Shown: positions 10,412-22,505, counted from the stretch's first letter. The stretch: 35,913 nucleotides of DNA from Octopus bimaculoides (GCF_001194135.2 NC_068988.1:28924716-28960628), one strand, 5' to 3'. The notes: generated by a model from the sequence alone, not told the origin. Numbers and translations: made by a program.

Positions 10412-11168
10412 TCACTTGTCGAACATCTGCAAAATAAGGCTGTGTCAACTATTACAACAAGTATGACCAAATCGAAAGCAGGAAAATTTTTTACTAATTC
10501 AAGGTAGAGCAGAATCGTACATCTATGCATAGATTCTATGCTATAATGAAGAAAACTGCTTTTTAATTAGTTGGGATTAGTTAATATTTTTATTTACAAA
10601 AACAAAAGTAATTATTAAAGTCTACACTGTCTAAAAAGTTCTTAAAAAATTTAATTTTCGTACATTTTAATCAAAATTGGGTTTTCAAGATTTTCATTAC
10701 TCTAATTGTGATTTTTATTATTTTAATTGACTGTGAGATAGAGCTCTCTATTTTTCTTTTCTTTCTCTGATAACGCTATGACGCACTTTCTACAGACATA
10801 CCAGTAAAACCATTTCTTTAAATTGTAAGTTTAATTCAATATCAGCCAAATTGTGTTGGTTCTAATTTTCTTTTATGTCTGTTGGGTGTTTTTGAAAAAT
10901 AGAAAGCTGAAGAAGACAAGTGGCTTTCATTTACTCACGTCAATTATGCCAAATACCGACTTGTGTGGGTTTTTTTCAACTAGAGTATTTAATTGTTTTG
11001 ATAAGGATTTATAACATGAAATCTGTTAAATATTTCCAATAGTTAACTTTTTTCCTGTATCTCTACTGTTCGTGTTATCGGAGTTCAGATGATGAAAGGC
11101 AATAAAAAATCATTTCCTAGCTCTGTAAATATGTAATTATATGTTTTTATGGCTAAATACTAAAATGT

Positions 11169-11223
<55 letters not shown>

Positions 11224-12859
11224 NNNNNNNNNNNNNNNNNNNNNNNNNNNNNNNNNNNNNNNNNNNNNNNNNNNNNNNNNNNNNNNNNNNNNNNNNNNNN
11301 NNNNNNNNNNNNNNNNNNNNNNNNNNNNNNNNNNNNNNNNNNNNNNNNNNNNNNNNNNNNNNNNNNNNNNNNNNNNNNNNNNNNNNNNNNNNNNNNNNNN
11401 NNNNNNNNNNNNNNNNNNNNNNNNNNNNNNNNNNNNNNNNNNNNNNNNNNNNNNNNNNNNNNNNNNNNNNNNNNNNNNNNNNNNNNNNNNNNNNNNNNNN
11501 NNNNNNNNNNNNNNNNNNNNNNNNNNNNNNNNNNNNNNNNNNNNNNNNNNNNNNNNNNNNNNNNNNNNNNNNNNNNNNNNNNNNNNNNNNNNNNNNNNNN
11601 NNNNNNNNNNNNNNNNNNNNNNNNNNNNNNNNNNNNNNNNNNNNNNNNNNNNNNNNNNNNNNNNNNNNNNNNNNNNNNNNNNNNNNNNNNNNNNNNNNNN
11701 NNNNNNNNNNNNNNNNNNNNNNNNNNNNNNNNNNNNNNNNNNNNNNNNNNNNNNNNNNNNNNNNNNNNNNNNNNNNNNNNNNNNNNNNNNNNNNNNNNNN
11801 NNNNNNNNNNNNNNNNNNNNNNNNNNNNNNNNNNNNNNNNNNNNNNNNNNNNNNNNNNNNNNNNNNNNNNNNNNNNNNNNNNNNNNNNNNNNNNNNNNNN
11901 NNNNNNNNNNNNNNNNNNNNNNNNNNNNNNNNATATATATATATATATATATATATAACGGAAAAGCAATGAAAAGTAAATAAGTTATACACTTACATGA
12001 GCACGAATTACAGAAATTAAGAATCAAAAGTATAATTATTATTTAGCAGCTAGCAGAGGATGGTGTTTCTGTTAGTGATTTAAACAAGAGGAAAACATTG
12101 GAAGATGAATGGAGTAATATAAGTAAAAGAAACAGAAAATTAAACTAAGTATTATTAAAAGTTTTTAAGTATTATTAACACAGTTGTCTCCAGCGATTAT
12201 ATTAAATAGAATAAACGTAATAATAAAAGTTGTTTAAGAACAAATATTAACGATATCATGCAACAAGAATTATTAGTTTATGAAATGAAATAAATAGCAA
12301 GATTAACTAAATAATTAATAGAAATACATCAAAGAAAAAGAAAAAAAAAACTAATCCTATGCCACGACATACAATCCGATTTGAAAGTAGATTTAAAAGA
12401 AAGAAAGGAAAAAAGAAAGAAAGGAAGAAAGGAAGAAAAAGAGAAAGAAAGAAAGGATGAAAGAAAATGAGAGGAAAATAGGAAGAAAAATCTTTCAAAT
12501 AATCAATTAAATTACAAAGTGATTTTGAATTCAATAGTTATGAAACCTACTCAATCAAACGTCTGAAGAATTTAAGCGATGGAATGAAAATTGAATGTTT
12601 CAGGATGATAAGAGAATATTATGCATTGAATTTAAGTAATAATAGATACATAAAGTGACGCATATATGGACATAAGCTTTGTAAAGATGAATATAGCGAG
12701 AAACCAAAGAAAAAAAAAGGCCGGCTGCGGAAATTTGTTTCAATTGCTGCAGCATAGATATACTTGAGACCGAAGTGGTTGTAACTTGGTGGCAAAAACA
12801 AAAGTGATCTGAAATTCAGGTTTTCTTGCAACATGTAAAATCCCAAATAATCATAGACA

Positions 12860-13010
12860 TAGTTATGTGGTTAAGAAGCACGCTTGGCAACTCCGTGGTT
12901 TTGGGTTCGGTGCCACTCTGTGACATATTGATTTTTTTCTAGTGTAGATCCGACGTTGAACATTGCCTAGTGAGTGAATTCGGTAGACGGTAATTGAAAG
13001 AAATCAGTAG
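12860..13010 (+). mobile_element. SINE-C 5' part, diverged
   Basis: tgtggttaagaagcacgc...gggttcggtgccac...gtgagtgaattcggtagacgg aligns by eye to 10065-10222. Confidence 0.65.
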
Positions 13011-13270
13011 TATCTATCTATCTATCTATCTATCTAGTTTACTGTGGTATATATATAACGTTGCTATTATGTTAAATTGTCGTATATCCAGTATGTCGTA
13101 TGTCCAGATAACCAGATAATCCATTCGTCAGTTTATATATATATATATAAATGGAGTTAAACGCAGGTGTTGTTAAAATTCTCTTACTTCCGACTCATGT
13201 TTCGAAGATATCACTGGTATTAGTTCAAAGGAATAAAATGGTGTAAAACAATGTAATCTTCTCTTCAGGG

Positions 13271-14694
13271 AAATGAAGGCTATTTTTTTCCATCCATCAA
13301 GTTTCGCTGCCAGCTATTTCTGGATGGGTCCTCATGAGCTTCCTGAATAGGGTTCCATCAGAAACAAACGCCACATACACTGAAACGGTGAGGATGTGAT
13401 ACATGTGGTACAGACGTTCAGGGAAGGAAAGAAAGATGGTTTAATGTTTCAAGCATGTATGTTTCAAAAACCACATACACCCCCAATTTTCCATGACAAG
13501 TTAGGGCCTGGAATCCGCCAAACGGACGCATAACATGTCACTTAGTCAAATTAGCCCATCATTTACTCCACGAATGTTTTGTCGTCAATGCTACACTTTC
13601 CCGTATCACATGTGTCAACACAACTGTAATATATATGCAAACTATGCCATTTTAATCCCGAGCAATGCCGGGTATCTCTGCTAGTTTTTATATATATATA
13701 TATATGAGGGGCTTTCATACTTTTCTCTGCCGTAGCAGAATATTCAGGTTTATAAAGACAGAAAATTTAACCAGTTTAGCAATAAAATAACCAAAATCTG
13801 GCGCTTCTGCAAGTTTTCAGACAGCAAAGAAACTAGGTAAATATGAAATAAAATTTTATACTTCGTAAAGAATACGTGTACGTGCTTAAAAAGCAAGTAT
13901 AATTCCACAGGAAAATTATAAACAAAATACGAAACTGCAATATAGTTCAAAACTTTCATAGAAAAATACGAAAGTGACTAAACGGAATTCGTTTTACATC
14001 ACCTAAGGCTGACATGCGCACTAAAACTTTATGTTAGCAGGTGTGTTATCCACTGTAGTTGGTTTTAAAATATATTCTTTTAGAGCAATAAATTACGATT
14101 AGCAGTTAGATGATAAAAATACAAAAGATAAAAGCTACTTTACAAAACATGGAATAATAATCTCTCCGAGAAGATTAATAATACACCAGACAATTGAGCC
14201 AACGAGTGAGACCTCTATGTGGTCGTTCAGCTACTAGAAACAGCCGCTAAATCTTACTCAAGCCATATTATCCTATGTAAATTAATCATGACAGGAATAT
14301 TTTTGGTCGTAGATCTGTTCGGTCAAGGATGGCTTAGCGATAAAAAATAAGAACAACATGAATAACAGAAAAAATGAGCGAATATATATGATAAAATATT
14401 TATCAGACATGAAATACTTATGAGATATCTCTTGAAGCTCATTAGAACTGAAATATTTCCTACCCCTCCAAAAAAGAAATAAAAGATAAAACTTCACAAT
14501 GGACAAAATCTTATTTGTAAGTACGTGTTTGAGAGGAGATATAGACAACTAAGTTACTTTAGTGATTCACACCTAGGCATTATATTAGATATGTTTATGT
14601 GTAACATGGTTTGTTCAAATAAACTATTAACAATGCTGGTCGTATCACATCAAAATATGTAAACTTGATGGATAGAAAAAAATAGCCTTCATTT
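13271..14694. repeat. 34-bp inverted repeats (13271-13304, 14661-14694) 1.4 kb apart
   Basis: 33/34 identity as reverse complement. No TSD seen. Confidence 0.85.
13657..13684 (+). mobile_element. Helitron-type 3' terminus (5' end not located)
   Basis: GC-rich hairpin cccgagcaatgccggg, 8-nt spacer, CTAG, then T. Confidence 0.7.
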
Positions 14695-14699
14695 ATCTA

Positions 14700-15208
14700 A
14701 TCCTCATTAACCGACGTCTCATTTAATTTACTCCTCATTAACGACTTCTCATGTAACAACTTCTCAATGAACGACCTCTAATTGAACAACTCCTCAGTTA
14801 ACCATTTCTTATTTAACAATTCCTCAATTAATGACCTCTCATTCAACGGCCACTTAATGACTGCTAAAGGACCCCGCACTTAACAATTCTTCATTTAACG
14901 ACTCCTTATTTTACGGTTCCTCCATTAACAACCCCCATTTAGCAACTCTGTCTTCTATGAGTCCTTATTTAAGAACGCCTCAACGACTTCTCATTTAACT
15001 CAACGACCCCTCATTTGACGGCCCTTCATTTAACGACTCATTGTTTTACGACTCCTCATTTAACGACTCCTCTATTAACGACTCCTCATTTAACGACATT
15101 TCATTTAACAACTTCTTATTTAACAACTACTCATTTAATATGCCCTTTATTAACGACTCCTCATTATCGATTCCTTTATTAACGACTCCTCATTCAACGA
15201 CTCCTAGC
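14700..15208. repeat. Degenerate 15-bp minisatellite, consensus CGACTCCTCATTTAA, about 30 units
   Basis: Period 15 is clear at 15050-15130 and more degenerate toward the left end. Confidence 0.9.
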
Positions 15209-15212
15209 TTAA

Positions 15213-15348
15213 CCCTTTGAGCCCTGACATACTCAACATCATTTTACCATATACCTGGCACTCCACCGGTGCCTCAGTACAGATCGGTGCTACGGTATAG
15301 AGAAAAATAAGCCATCCACCGGTAAACCAGTGTTACGGGATCAAAGAA
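15213..15348. mobile_element. piggyBac-like MITE (about 136 bp) between TTAA duplications
   Basis: TTAA at 15209-15212 and 15349-15352. Left end ccctttgagccc, right end gggatcaaagaa (9/12 inverted match). ccaccggt occurs twice inside. Confidence 0.55.
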
Positions 15349-15594
15349 TTAATTACTCCTCATTTCATTATGAAGGAGTAAAGGAAAACCAACAAGTAAA
15401 AGAAGGTGAAGAGAAACAACAACAATAGTAAGTTACAAGAGACAACAACAAACGCACCCACACGCATACATACCTTTACATACACAAATATCAGAACTTC
15501 AGAACAATTTCCAATTAAACACAAATTAGTAATAATTTAGACACCTGAGACATAATGAATAAAGACTGACCAATAATTGCGAAATGAGGTAAAT

Positions 15595-15840
15595 ATGATG
15601 ATGACGACGACGACGATGATGATGATGATGATGATGATGACGACGACGATGACAATGATGGTGATGATGATGATGATGATGACGATGACAATGATGGTGA
15701 TGATGATGATAATGATGACGATGACAATGATGATGACGATGATGATGACGACAACGATGGTGATGATGATGATGATGATGATGGCGGTGGTGCTACTGGT
15801 GGAATGGAATTGGTGATCGGTGTTGTGCCGATGATGATGT
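15595..15840. repeat. (GAT)n/(GAC)n compound trinucleotide repeat
   Basis: Direct reading. Confidence 0.95.
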
Positions 15841-16959
15841 GGAGGAAGAGAAGAAGAAATAGAAAGCGGGAGAGAATGAGATAAATGAGGATGAGGAGCA
15901 GGAGGAAAAGAATAAGCATTATATATCGGTGCTGATGTTGTCGCTGTCTACGGCGACGACGATGACGACAACGAATTTCCAAAGAAAAAAAAAAGCTTAT
16001 CAAATAATTACTTTATCAGATTGTCTCCGAGGCGTTTCCTAAACGCATCATATGTCTTCTTTTGAGATCCATATAACAAGGAGTTAGAAATATATATACG
16101 CTGTCTTTTGTTGAAAATTATTTTGTTTAACAAACACCGAGGCAACAAATATGTTCGGTACATCTGCTCTGTATTTCGTCTGAACACTTTAATCTAGTTA
16201 CACATACCAGCTGGACTGTATTGCCTCTACACGTATATTCGACTGGTTATTTCTTTTATGATTTTATTTCATCACTCGCCCACTTCAATTATCGACTTCA
16301 TATGGTATATAATTAAGGAAAGTCTTTGGAAGGAAGATAAAATTCAATTGGTATTCTTACAAAATCAATACGAAAATAGCATAGAATCTTTGTTTCATTG
16401 CTTGATTCATTAAATTCCATTCGTATGCTTAGCTTTACAAGGCAACACAATTTCATATCTCGAAACTGAGTTTTGATAAAAAGGAAAATTGCTATTTTAA
16501 ATCTATTGTAATAATACATACGAACACCGTAAACAAACGAAACGTTTATTTTGTGAGTCAGGACAGTATATTTACATGACACATTTTCGTTGAGAAAGAC
16601 TTCATCGTTTTATTCTCAATAATTACTTTCCCCTACTTATGTTAGCCAGACTTTTCGCATGCTTCTCTAAATCTTTTCTTGTTCAACCTCGGATCGTCCT
16701 CGTTTGGGTTGACACATGACCAAAACCGTTCTATTAATCATCATCAAATCTTGTTTTTATTTTGGCATCAGGCTTCTGCTTGTAATTGAACTGAATATAT
16801 CTCTGAATACAGAAATCAAATGATTTTTCGCTTATTAATTATATAAAACTCTACGTAAATATAAAAAAATAAGAATGTTTAATCGCTATATGATAACAAC
16901 TGTTTCGAGTATAGACATGTACATTACATAGAGTGACTATATGATAAACTTGAGCAGCT

Positions 16960-17034
16960 GTGGCGCTCCGTTGATCCGATTAACGGAACGGCCTGCTCGT
17001 GCAAGTGGTTGAGCACTCCACAGACACGTGTACT
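16960..17034 (-). mobile_element. SINE-B 3' fragment with two internal deletions
   Basis: Reverse complement of about 23780-23888. Confidence 0.8.
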
Positions 17035-17239
17035 CCTCTAGTAGCTGCAATACTCCCCAGTCTCAAAGGGATCTTGGTAACTCATATCCATTGCATTGAT
17101 TACTGACGTTTCTTTTCGGGTGATTTTTACACTCTTCCCGTTTCCCTTTTTCTGTTCTTCTCCCTTTTTCTGTTTATGTATCCTCCTCCTTCTCTCCCTG
17201 ACTTTTTCCATCTGCATTTCATTTTGCTTCGATTATCAG

Positions 17240-17317
17240 TGAACAGAGATGACTCTACGCAGTCGTGCAACTTGCTACAAGTGGGAGTTAAATCACTCTC
17301 CACTGTCGTAAAAAAAA
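17240..17317 (+). CDS. Candidate internal exon (78 nt), unknown protein
   Basis: Long pyrimidine tract, ttatcag acceptor, AAA|GTAAGG donor. One open frame: VNRDDSTQSCNLLQVGVKSLSTVVKK. No homology recognised. Confidence 0.3.
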
Positions 17318-17736
17318 GTAAGGACATTACTTCCAGACTCTTTGTTTTATATTTCAAATATCATGCGTCAGCAGGATGAGTTCTTTTCTTTTGTAAATAC
17401 ACTCCTAGAGTTTTCTTTTCGTTAAGTAATTGCTCTAAGCGTAAACACATTGAAAAACGTAATTTATTTCTATTCATAATACTTTCCAGAGAAACATGTA
17501 ATGGTTAAGATACGCATACGCCATAATCACAACATAAAATTCCGATGAATGTAAATTATATTTCTCTCACTTTATTTCTCGAAGCAAAATACTTCGTATT
17601 ACAAAACGCTTTTTCTTTTAAACCTCCGCACTTAGAAGTATTAGTCGTGGAATTGTGAAGCATGTCCCTTAAGGCTGCAAGTCACCTCTACCGTCTTATA
17701 TGTCACACATTAAGCACATTTTCAACTCTCTCGCAG

Positions 17737-17860
17737 CAGAAGCGATCATAATGCTCGAGTACTTAAACGGAAGATCACCCCATCCCTTTCAACTGAAGAA
17801 CATAGAGACTATTCAGCAGAAAAAAGCAAGAGACATCATTCCTGTCTTAACAATAGTTAT
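17737..17860 (+). CDS. Candidate internal exon (124 nt), unknown protein
   Basis: ttttcaactctctcgcag acceptor, TAT|GTAAGA donor. Open frame RSDHNARVLKRKITPSLSTEEHRDYSAEKSKRHHSCLNNSY. No homology recognised. Confidence 0.3.
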
Positions 17861-17880
17861 GTAAGAAAGTAATAGATATT

Positions 17881-18088
17881 CTTTTCTACTCAAGGCACAA
17901 GGCCCGAAATTTTTGGGGGGAGGGGACTAGTCGATTAGATCGACCCAAGTACGCAACTGGTACTTAATTTATCGACCCCCTAAAGGATGAAAGGCAAAGT
18001 CGGAATTTGAACTCAGAACGTAAAGACAGACGAAATAACGCTAAGCACTTCGCTCGGCGTGCTAACGTTTCTGCCAACTCGCCGCCTT
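17881..18088 (-). mobile_element. SINE-A, tail 2, full length with a TSD
   Basis: TSD agaaagtaatagatatt 17864-17880 vs agagagtaataaatatt 18089-18105 (15/17). Confidence 0.9.
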
Positions 18089-18373
18089 AGAGAGTAATAA
18101 ATATTAATGCAATGAAAGTTTTGCAAAATCTTTTTAAGTGTTGTCTATAAAAGTGGTTGATTTCTGCTTATTGAAAATATTAGGTTTCCCTAGTGGTTGC
18201 AGATTTTACAACGGAGATAACCATTTCTACACAGTATGAGACGGCATTAGAAATAGGAATTTGAAATTAAGGCATTATGAGAAAATAGTCATAGAATTCA
18301 TATAGTTAATTTTCTTTTGTCAACTTATTACAAAGTTCTTAAAATTTCTGGTCGGACGTGATACGCATGCGTG

Positions 18374-18652
18374 TATGTATGTATGTATGTATGTATGTAT
18401 GTATGTATGTATGTATTATGTATGTATGTATGTATGTATGTATGTATGTATGTATTCAGTTTTATTTCAAGATTTCTTGCCAATAGAGAAAGGACCGGTT
18501 TCTAACCTAGATCCAAGGCTCCTTCATTGCAATTTCAATAAAACCAGCAGTGTATTTATGTATGTATGTTTTTATGTATACATGTATGTATGTATGTATG
18601 TATGTATGTATGTATGTATGTATGTATGCATGTATGTATGTATGTATGTATG

Positions 18653-18692
<40 letters not shown>
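18374..18692. repeat. Two (TATG)n arrays plus (TATC)n around a unique core of about 100 bp (18454-18555)
   Basis: Direct reading. The core may be a retroposon 3' end with an (ATAC)n tail on the minus strand (inference). Confidence 0.85.
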
Positions 18693-19848
18693 ATGGACTG
18701 GATCTTGTGATGGCTATTATTTAATATAAAGCTTGCCAAAGAATTGCGTAAAAGAGCTTAGATTTCGAAGTGTGATAGTCAACGTGTTACTATATTTCTG
18801 TCCTCGTCTACATTTCACGATCCATTTCACCCTCTTATAGAATCTTTATTGCCTTTTGTATAGTTGAATGATTACAATTTGGTAAATTCCAATGTAAGAA
18901 CTGATTATCACAAAGGTTTGTAAGTTCGTATATATCTGCTTTGAAATAACATTTATCATGAATTGTATAGTATATTGAAATATATACTGTGGTGTATATA
19001 ATTTAAAATAATTCACTGAAGACACCAGTCTTATATAGATTAGAAGTGGTGACGCTAAACTAAGGTGAAGTACACTTTGAAAAAAACCTCTATAAGACTA
19101 CTTTAATTCTTTAGTGCTAAAGCTAATAATAATTAGTAACATAGTCTAAGGCATTCTTGATAACCAGCCACAAAAGTTGTTGAAAGGAAGAAATATTTTT
19201 AACCAACAGTGTAGCCGGAATAACTGTATGGATATTTAATTTAGTATTTAATTTAGTATTTAATTTAGTATTCTGCTGATGTTTCTATTAAAGCGAACAA
19301 AAAATATCCATAACAAATCAAGCGATGAGAAAATGGCTGCCGCCTAACTTCTTTATAACTTCTATGTTAGAGACATATATCCATAGTCGACGTCAGGTGG
19401 TAATTTTTTTGGATTACAAATGAACTGTTATGATTATGTTTGAGAAAATTAGAACTACATCTCAGTGCATTTTAAAGAAGTGTGTGACATTGAAATGAAG
19501 TTATTTAATCACATTTTTTCTAATCACATCTTTTAAGTCTAATCTTATCTTCATATTTAAAATACGATTAGAGTGAGGATTATTTTCGCATTTCTTCAAC
19601 AGTTTTTCGTCTGTTTACCTAAGAAAGCCTCATGTTATAACAGTCTTCAAATAAAACCTCCGAATGTAATTTGCTTTCTGGCGTTAGTACTTGTATCTTG
19701 TGAAAGAAAAATATAGACTCTTTAAAGTCAATAAGTGCTTGAGAAGAGAGGAAAAGACTTTCAGTGTCCCGATAACTTGAATATTATAAAATAACACTTT
19801 TTTTTTTTATGATTGTGTTGAATCAAAAGTTTTACAATATTTTGGTAA

Positions 19849-20085
19849 TACTCTTTTACTCTTTTACTTGTTTCAGTCATTTGACTGCGGCCATGCTGGA
19901 TCACCGCTTCTAGTCGAGCAGATTGACCCCCAGAGCTTATTCTTTGTAAGCCTAGTACTTATTCTATCGGTCTTTACCCGAACCGCTAGGTTAGGGGACG
20001 TAAACACACCAGCATCGGTTGTCAAGCGATGTTGGGGACAAGCACAGACACACACACAAATACACACACACACACACATACACAT
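19849..20085 (-). mobile_element. SINE-C-type 3' part ending in an (AAAGAGTA)n tail, preceded by (GT)n
   Basis: The same tail occurs at 26856-26905 (+) and, diverged, near 35565-35605 (-). Confidence 0.8.
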
Positions 20086-20656
20086 GCATTCTTATAACCT
20101 TCCTTTACCCTGTGGAATCGATCCGCTGTAAAGACATCGGAGTCAAAGTTTGAATCTTTTGAGCACTACCAAGTGTGTTCTATACGGAAAATCTCTGGAT
20201 CTCTATTGTGGACCCCCTGCGCGCGCACGCACGCACCCTCCCCACACACAGATAAAGTTTAGGTTAGTTAAAATATGTTTGTGACATACTTCAACTGCTA
20301 AAAGGCAAATTCACTGCAGTTACCGCAGAGAAAGCATTTCTCTTATGGTAAAAAGGTGTGAAAACATCCTATTTGTTCCGCGTCACCGTCTATCATGAAT
20401 TCCATACATCGATGTTCCAAGCTAGATATATATATATATATATATACATATATTAGAGATTCTACTAGAATAGATGCAAGCGCTAATATATGATTTATAA
20501 AAACATGTGACATATTAATAAAAATCTGTAAATGTACAACCATCCAGATCTCTGAGTACCTTATTTTTTCTAATATATAATACCTGTACATCACCTCCAA
20601 CCTTCTATATATATATACACACACGCATATATGTGTGTGTATACCTACATGCACAC

Positions 20657-20760
20657 ACGACAGGCCTCCACACAATTCCTGTCTATCAAATTCATTGGCA
20701 AGGTATTGGTCATTCCTGGGTTATGGTAGAAATTTGAAACCATATAGCTGCAAAGCCGTG
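20657..20760 (-). mobile_element. SINE-C 5' part, diverged
   Basis: The reverse complement resembles 10145-10222. Confidence 0.55.
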
Positions 20761-21290
20761 CCTGTATTTATACTTTATTTTTGAAACAGTTCCTAAGATT
20801 ATATAAAAAGTATATATAAAAGCTCAATTAAAACACTGTCGTAATGGAATGGATAAAATTTATGTTTTGTATATTTTGAGTTCATATATCCATAAATTTA
20901 GATTGTGAACTTGTGGAAATGAGGATAATCGATTCACTAAAGTTTATCTAAATGTTCTTAAGGATAAGATAATCGATATGTAAGAAAGTAATTGCAGCAG
21001 GTGGTGGACTATCTGCAATGGGTATCTATGACTGTCTATTTATCTATCAGAACCTATTATATGCTAAGAGACGAATGAGTTGTTTTCGAAGACATAAACG
21101 GAACAACCAAACATAAAATGCATTTAGAAAAAAAAAACAACATAAAATCCCAGAGAAGTAATTGATTTTCTTCAGAACATTTTTTAAGCCTTCTATAACA
21201 CACAAACGAGCATAAAAATGTCATATAAATTCTATATTACTTTTATTGACCGGAATATTGAGCAGTTGTTGCTATTGTTGTTGTTGTTGC

Positions 21291-21467
21291 TTTCTACTAT
21301 AGGCACAAGACCTGAAATTTGGAGGCAATTGGTGCTTAATTTATCGACCCCGAAAGGATGAAAGGCAAAGTTGACCTTTTCGGAATTTGAACTCAGAACG
21401 TAGCGACAGACGAAATACCGCTAAGCATTTCACCCGGTGTGTTATCGATTCTGCCAGCTCGCTGGCC
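21291..21467 (-). mobile_element. SINE-A, tail 2, internal deletion
   Basis: Head, Meta-like domain and cttgtgcctatagtagaaa tail are present. The segment between domain and tail is missing. Confidence 0.85.
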
Positions 21468-21702
21468 ATACTTGATTTAGCAGAGACATGATCAAAAGCA
21501 TATCAACCATGACCATTAGTACATGCACTTTGTACACAGAAATCCAATAAGTACTGTTTTTAGATTAGTTGGAAATGAAATGAGGAAGAGTTGGTCACAG
21601 CTTCTCGTTAGCACTACGTATGACAATTATATTGATTTCAATATAAATCTGTTAAAAATGTTCCTACTCTCATAATGTGTTTTCAATATCTTTTCTCCTC
21701 AA

Positions 21703-21935
21703 GACGACGAGCTGGCAGAAACGTTAGCACACCGGCAGAAATGCTTAGCGGTATTTCGTCTGCCGTTACGTTCTGAGTTCAAATTCCGCCGAGGTCGACT
21801 TTGCCTTTCATCCTTTCGGGGGTCGATAAATTAAGTACCAGTTACGCACTGGGGTCGATGTAATCGACTTAATCCGTTTGTCTGTCCTTGTTTGTCCCCT
21901 CTAAGTTTAGCCCCTTGTGGGCAATAAAGAAATAA
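21703..21935 (+). mobile_element. SINE-A, tail 1, full length, low divergence
   Basis: Near-identical to 5560-5795. Confidence 0.95.
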
Positions 21936-21937
21936 AA

Positions 21938-22119
21938 AAACGTTAGCACAGCGGCGGAAATGCTTAACGGTATTTAGTTTGTCTTTACGTTCAAATGACA
22001 CCTGGGTCGACTTTGCCTTTCATCCTTTCGGGGTCGATAAATTAAGTACCAGTTGCGTACTGGGGTAGATCTAATCGACTGGGCCCCGTCCCCCCAAATT
22101 TCGGGCCTTGTGCCTAGAG
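21938..22119 (+). mobile_element. SINE-A, tail 2, directly abutting the previous copy and running into the gap
   Basis: Starts at aaacgttagcac. Tail ccccaaatttcgggccttgtgcctagag. Confidence 0.9.
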
Positions 22120-22289
22120 NNNNNNNNNNNNNNNNNNNNNNNNNNNNNNNNNNNNNNNNNNNNNNNNNNNNNNNNNNNNNNNNNNNNNNNNNNNNNNNNN
22201 NNNNNNNNNNNNNNNNNNNNNNNNNNNNNNNNNNNNNNNNNNNNNNNNNNNNNNNNNNNNNNNNNNNNNNNNNNNNNNNNNNNTTCCTC

Positions 22290-22505
22290 AAGGCGGCGAG
22301 ATGGCAGAATTGTTAGCAAGTCGGGCAAAATGTTTAGCGGCATTACGTCCGTCTTTACGTTCTGAGTTCAACTTCCGCCGAGGTCAATTTTGTTTTTCAT
22401 CCTTTCGGGATCGGGGTAAAAAAGTATCAGTTGAGTAGTGGCGTCGATGTAAGTGACTTACTCCTTTCCGCGAAATTGCTGGTCTTGGGACAAAATTCGA
22501 AACCA
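22290..22505 (+). mobile_element. SINE-A, tail 3, diverged
   Basis: Head and central domain, then ggtcttgggacaaaattcgaaacc. Confidence 0.85.

Noticed and set aside
14700-15208. Regularly spaced repeats resembling a CRISPR array
   Set aside because: Head-to-tail tandem units without unique spacers, in eukaryotic DNA with no cas genes.
15515-16003. 162-aa Ser-rich ORF and opposite-strand poly-Met ORF
   Set aside because: Products of the (GAT)n repeat and low-complexity purine tract.
19233-19272. 12-bp unit tatttaatttag x3
   Set aside because: Ordinary short slippage duplication in AT-rich DNA.
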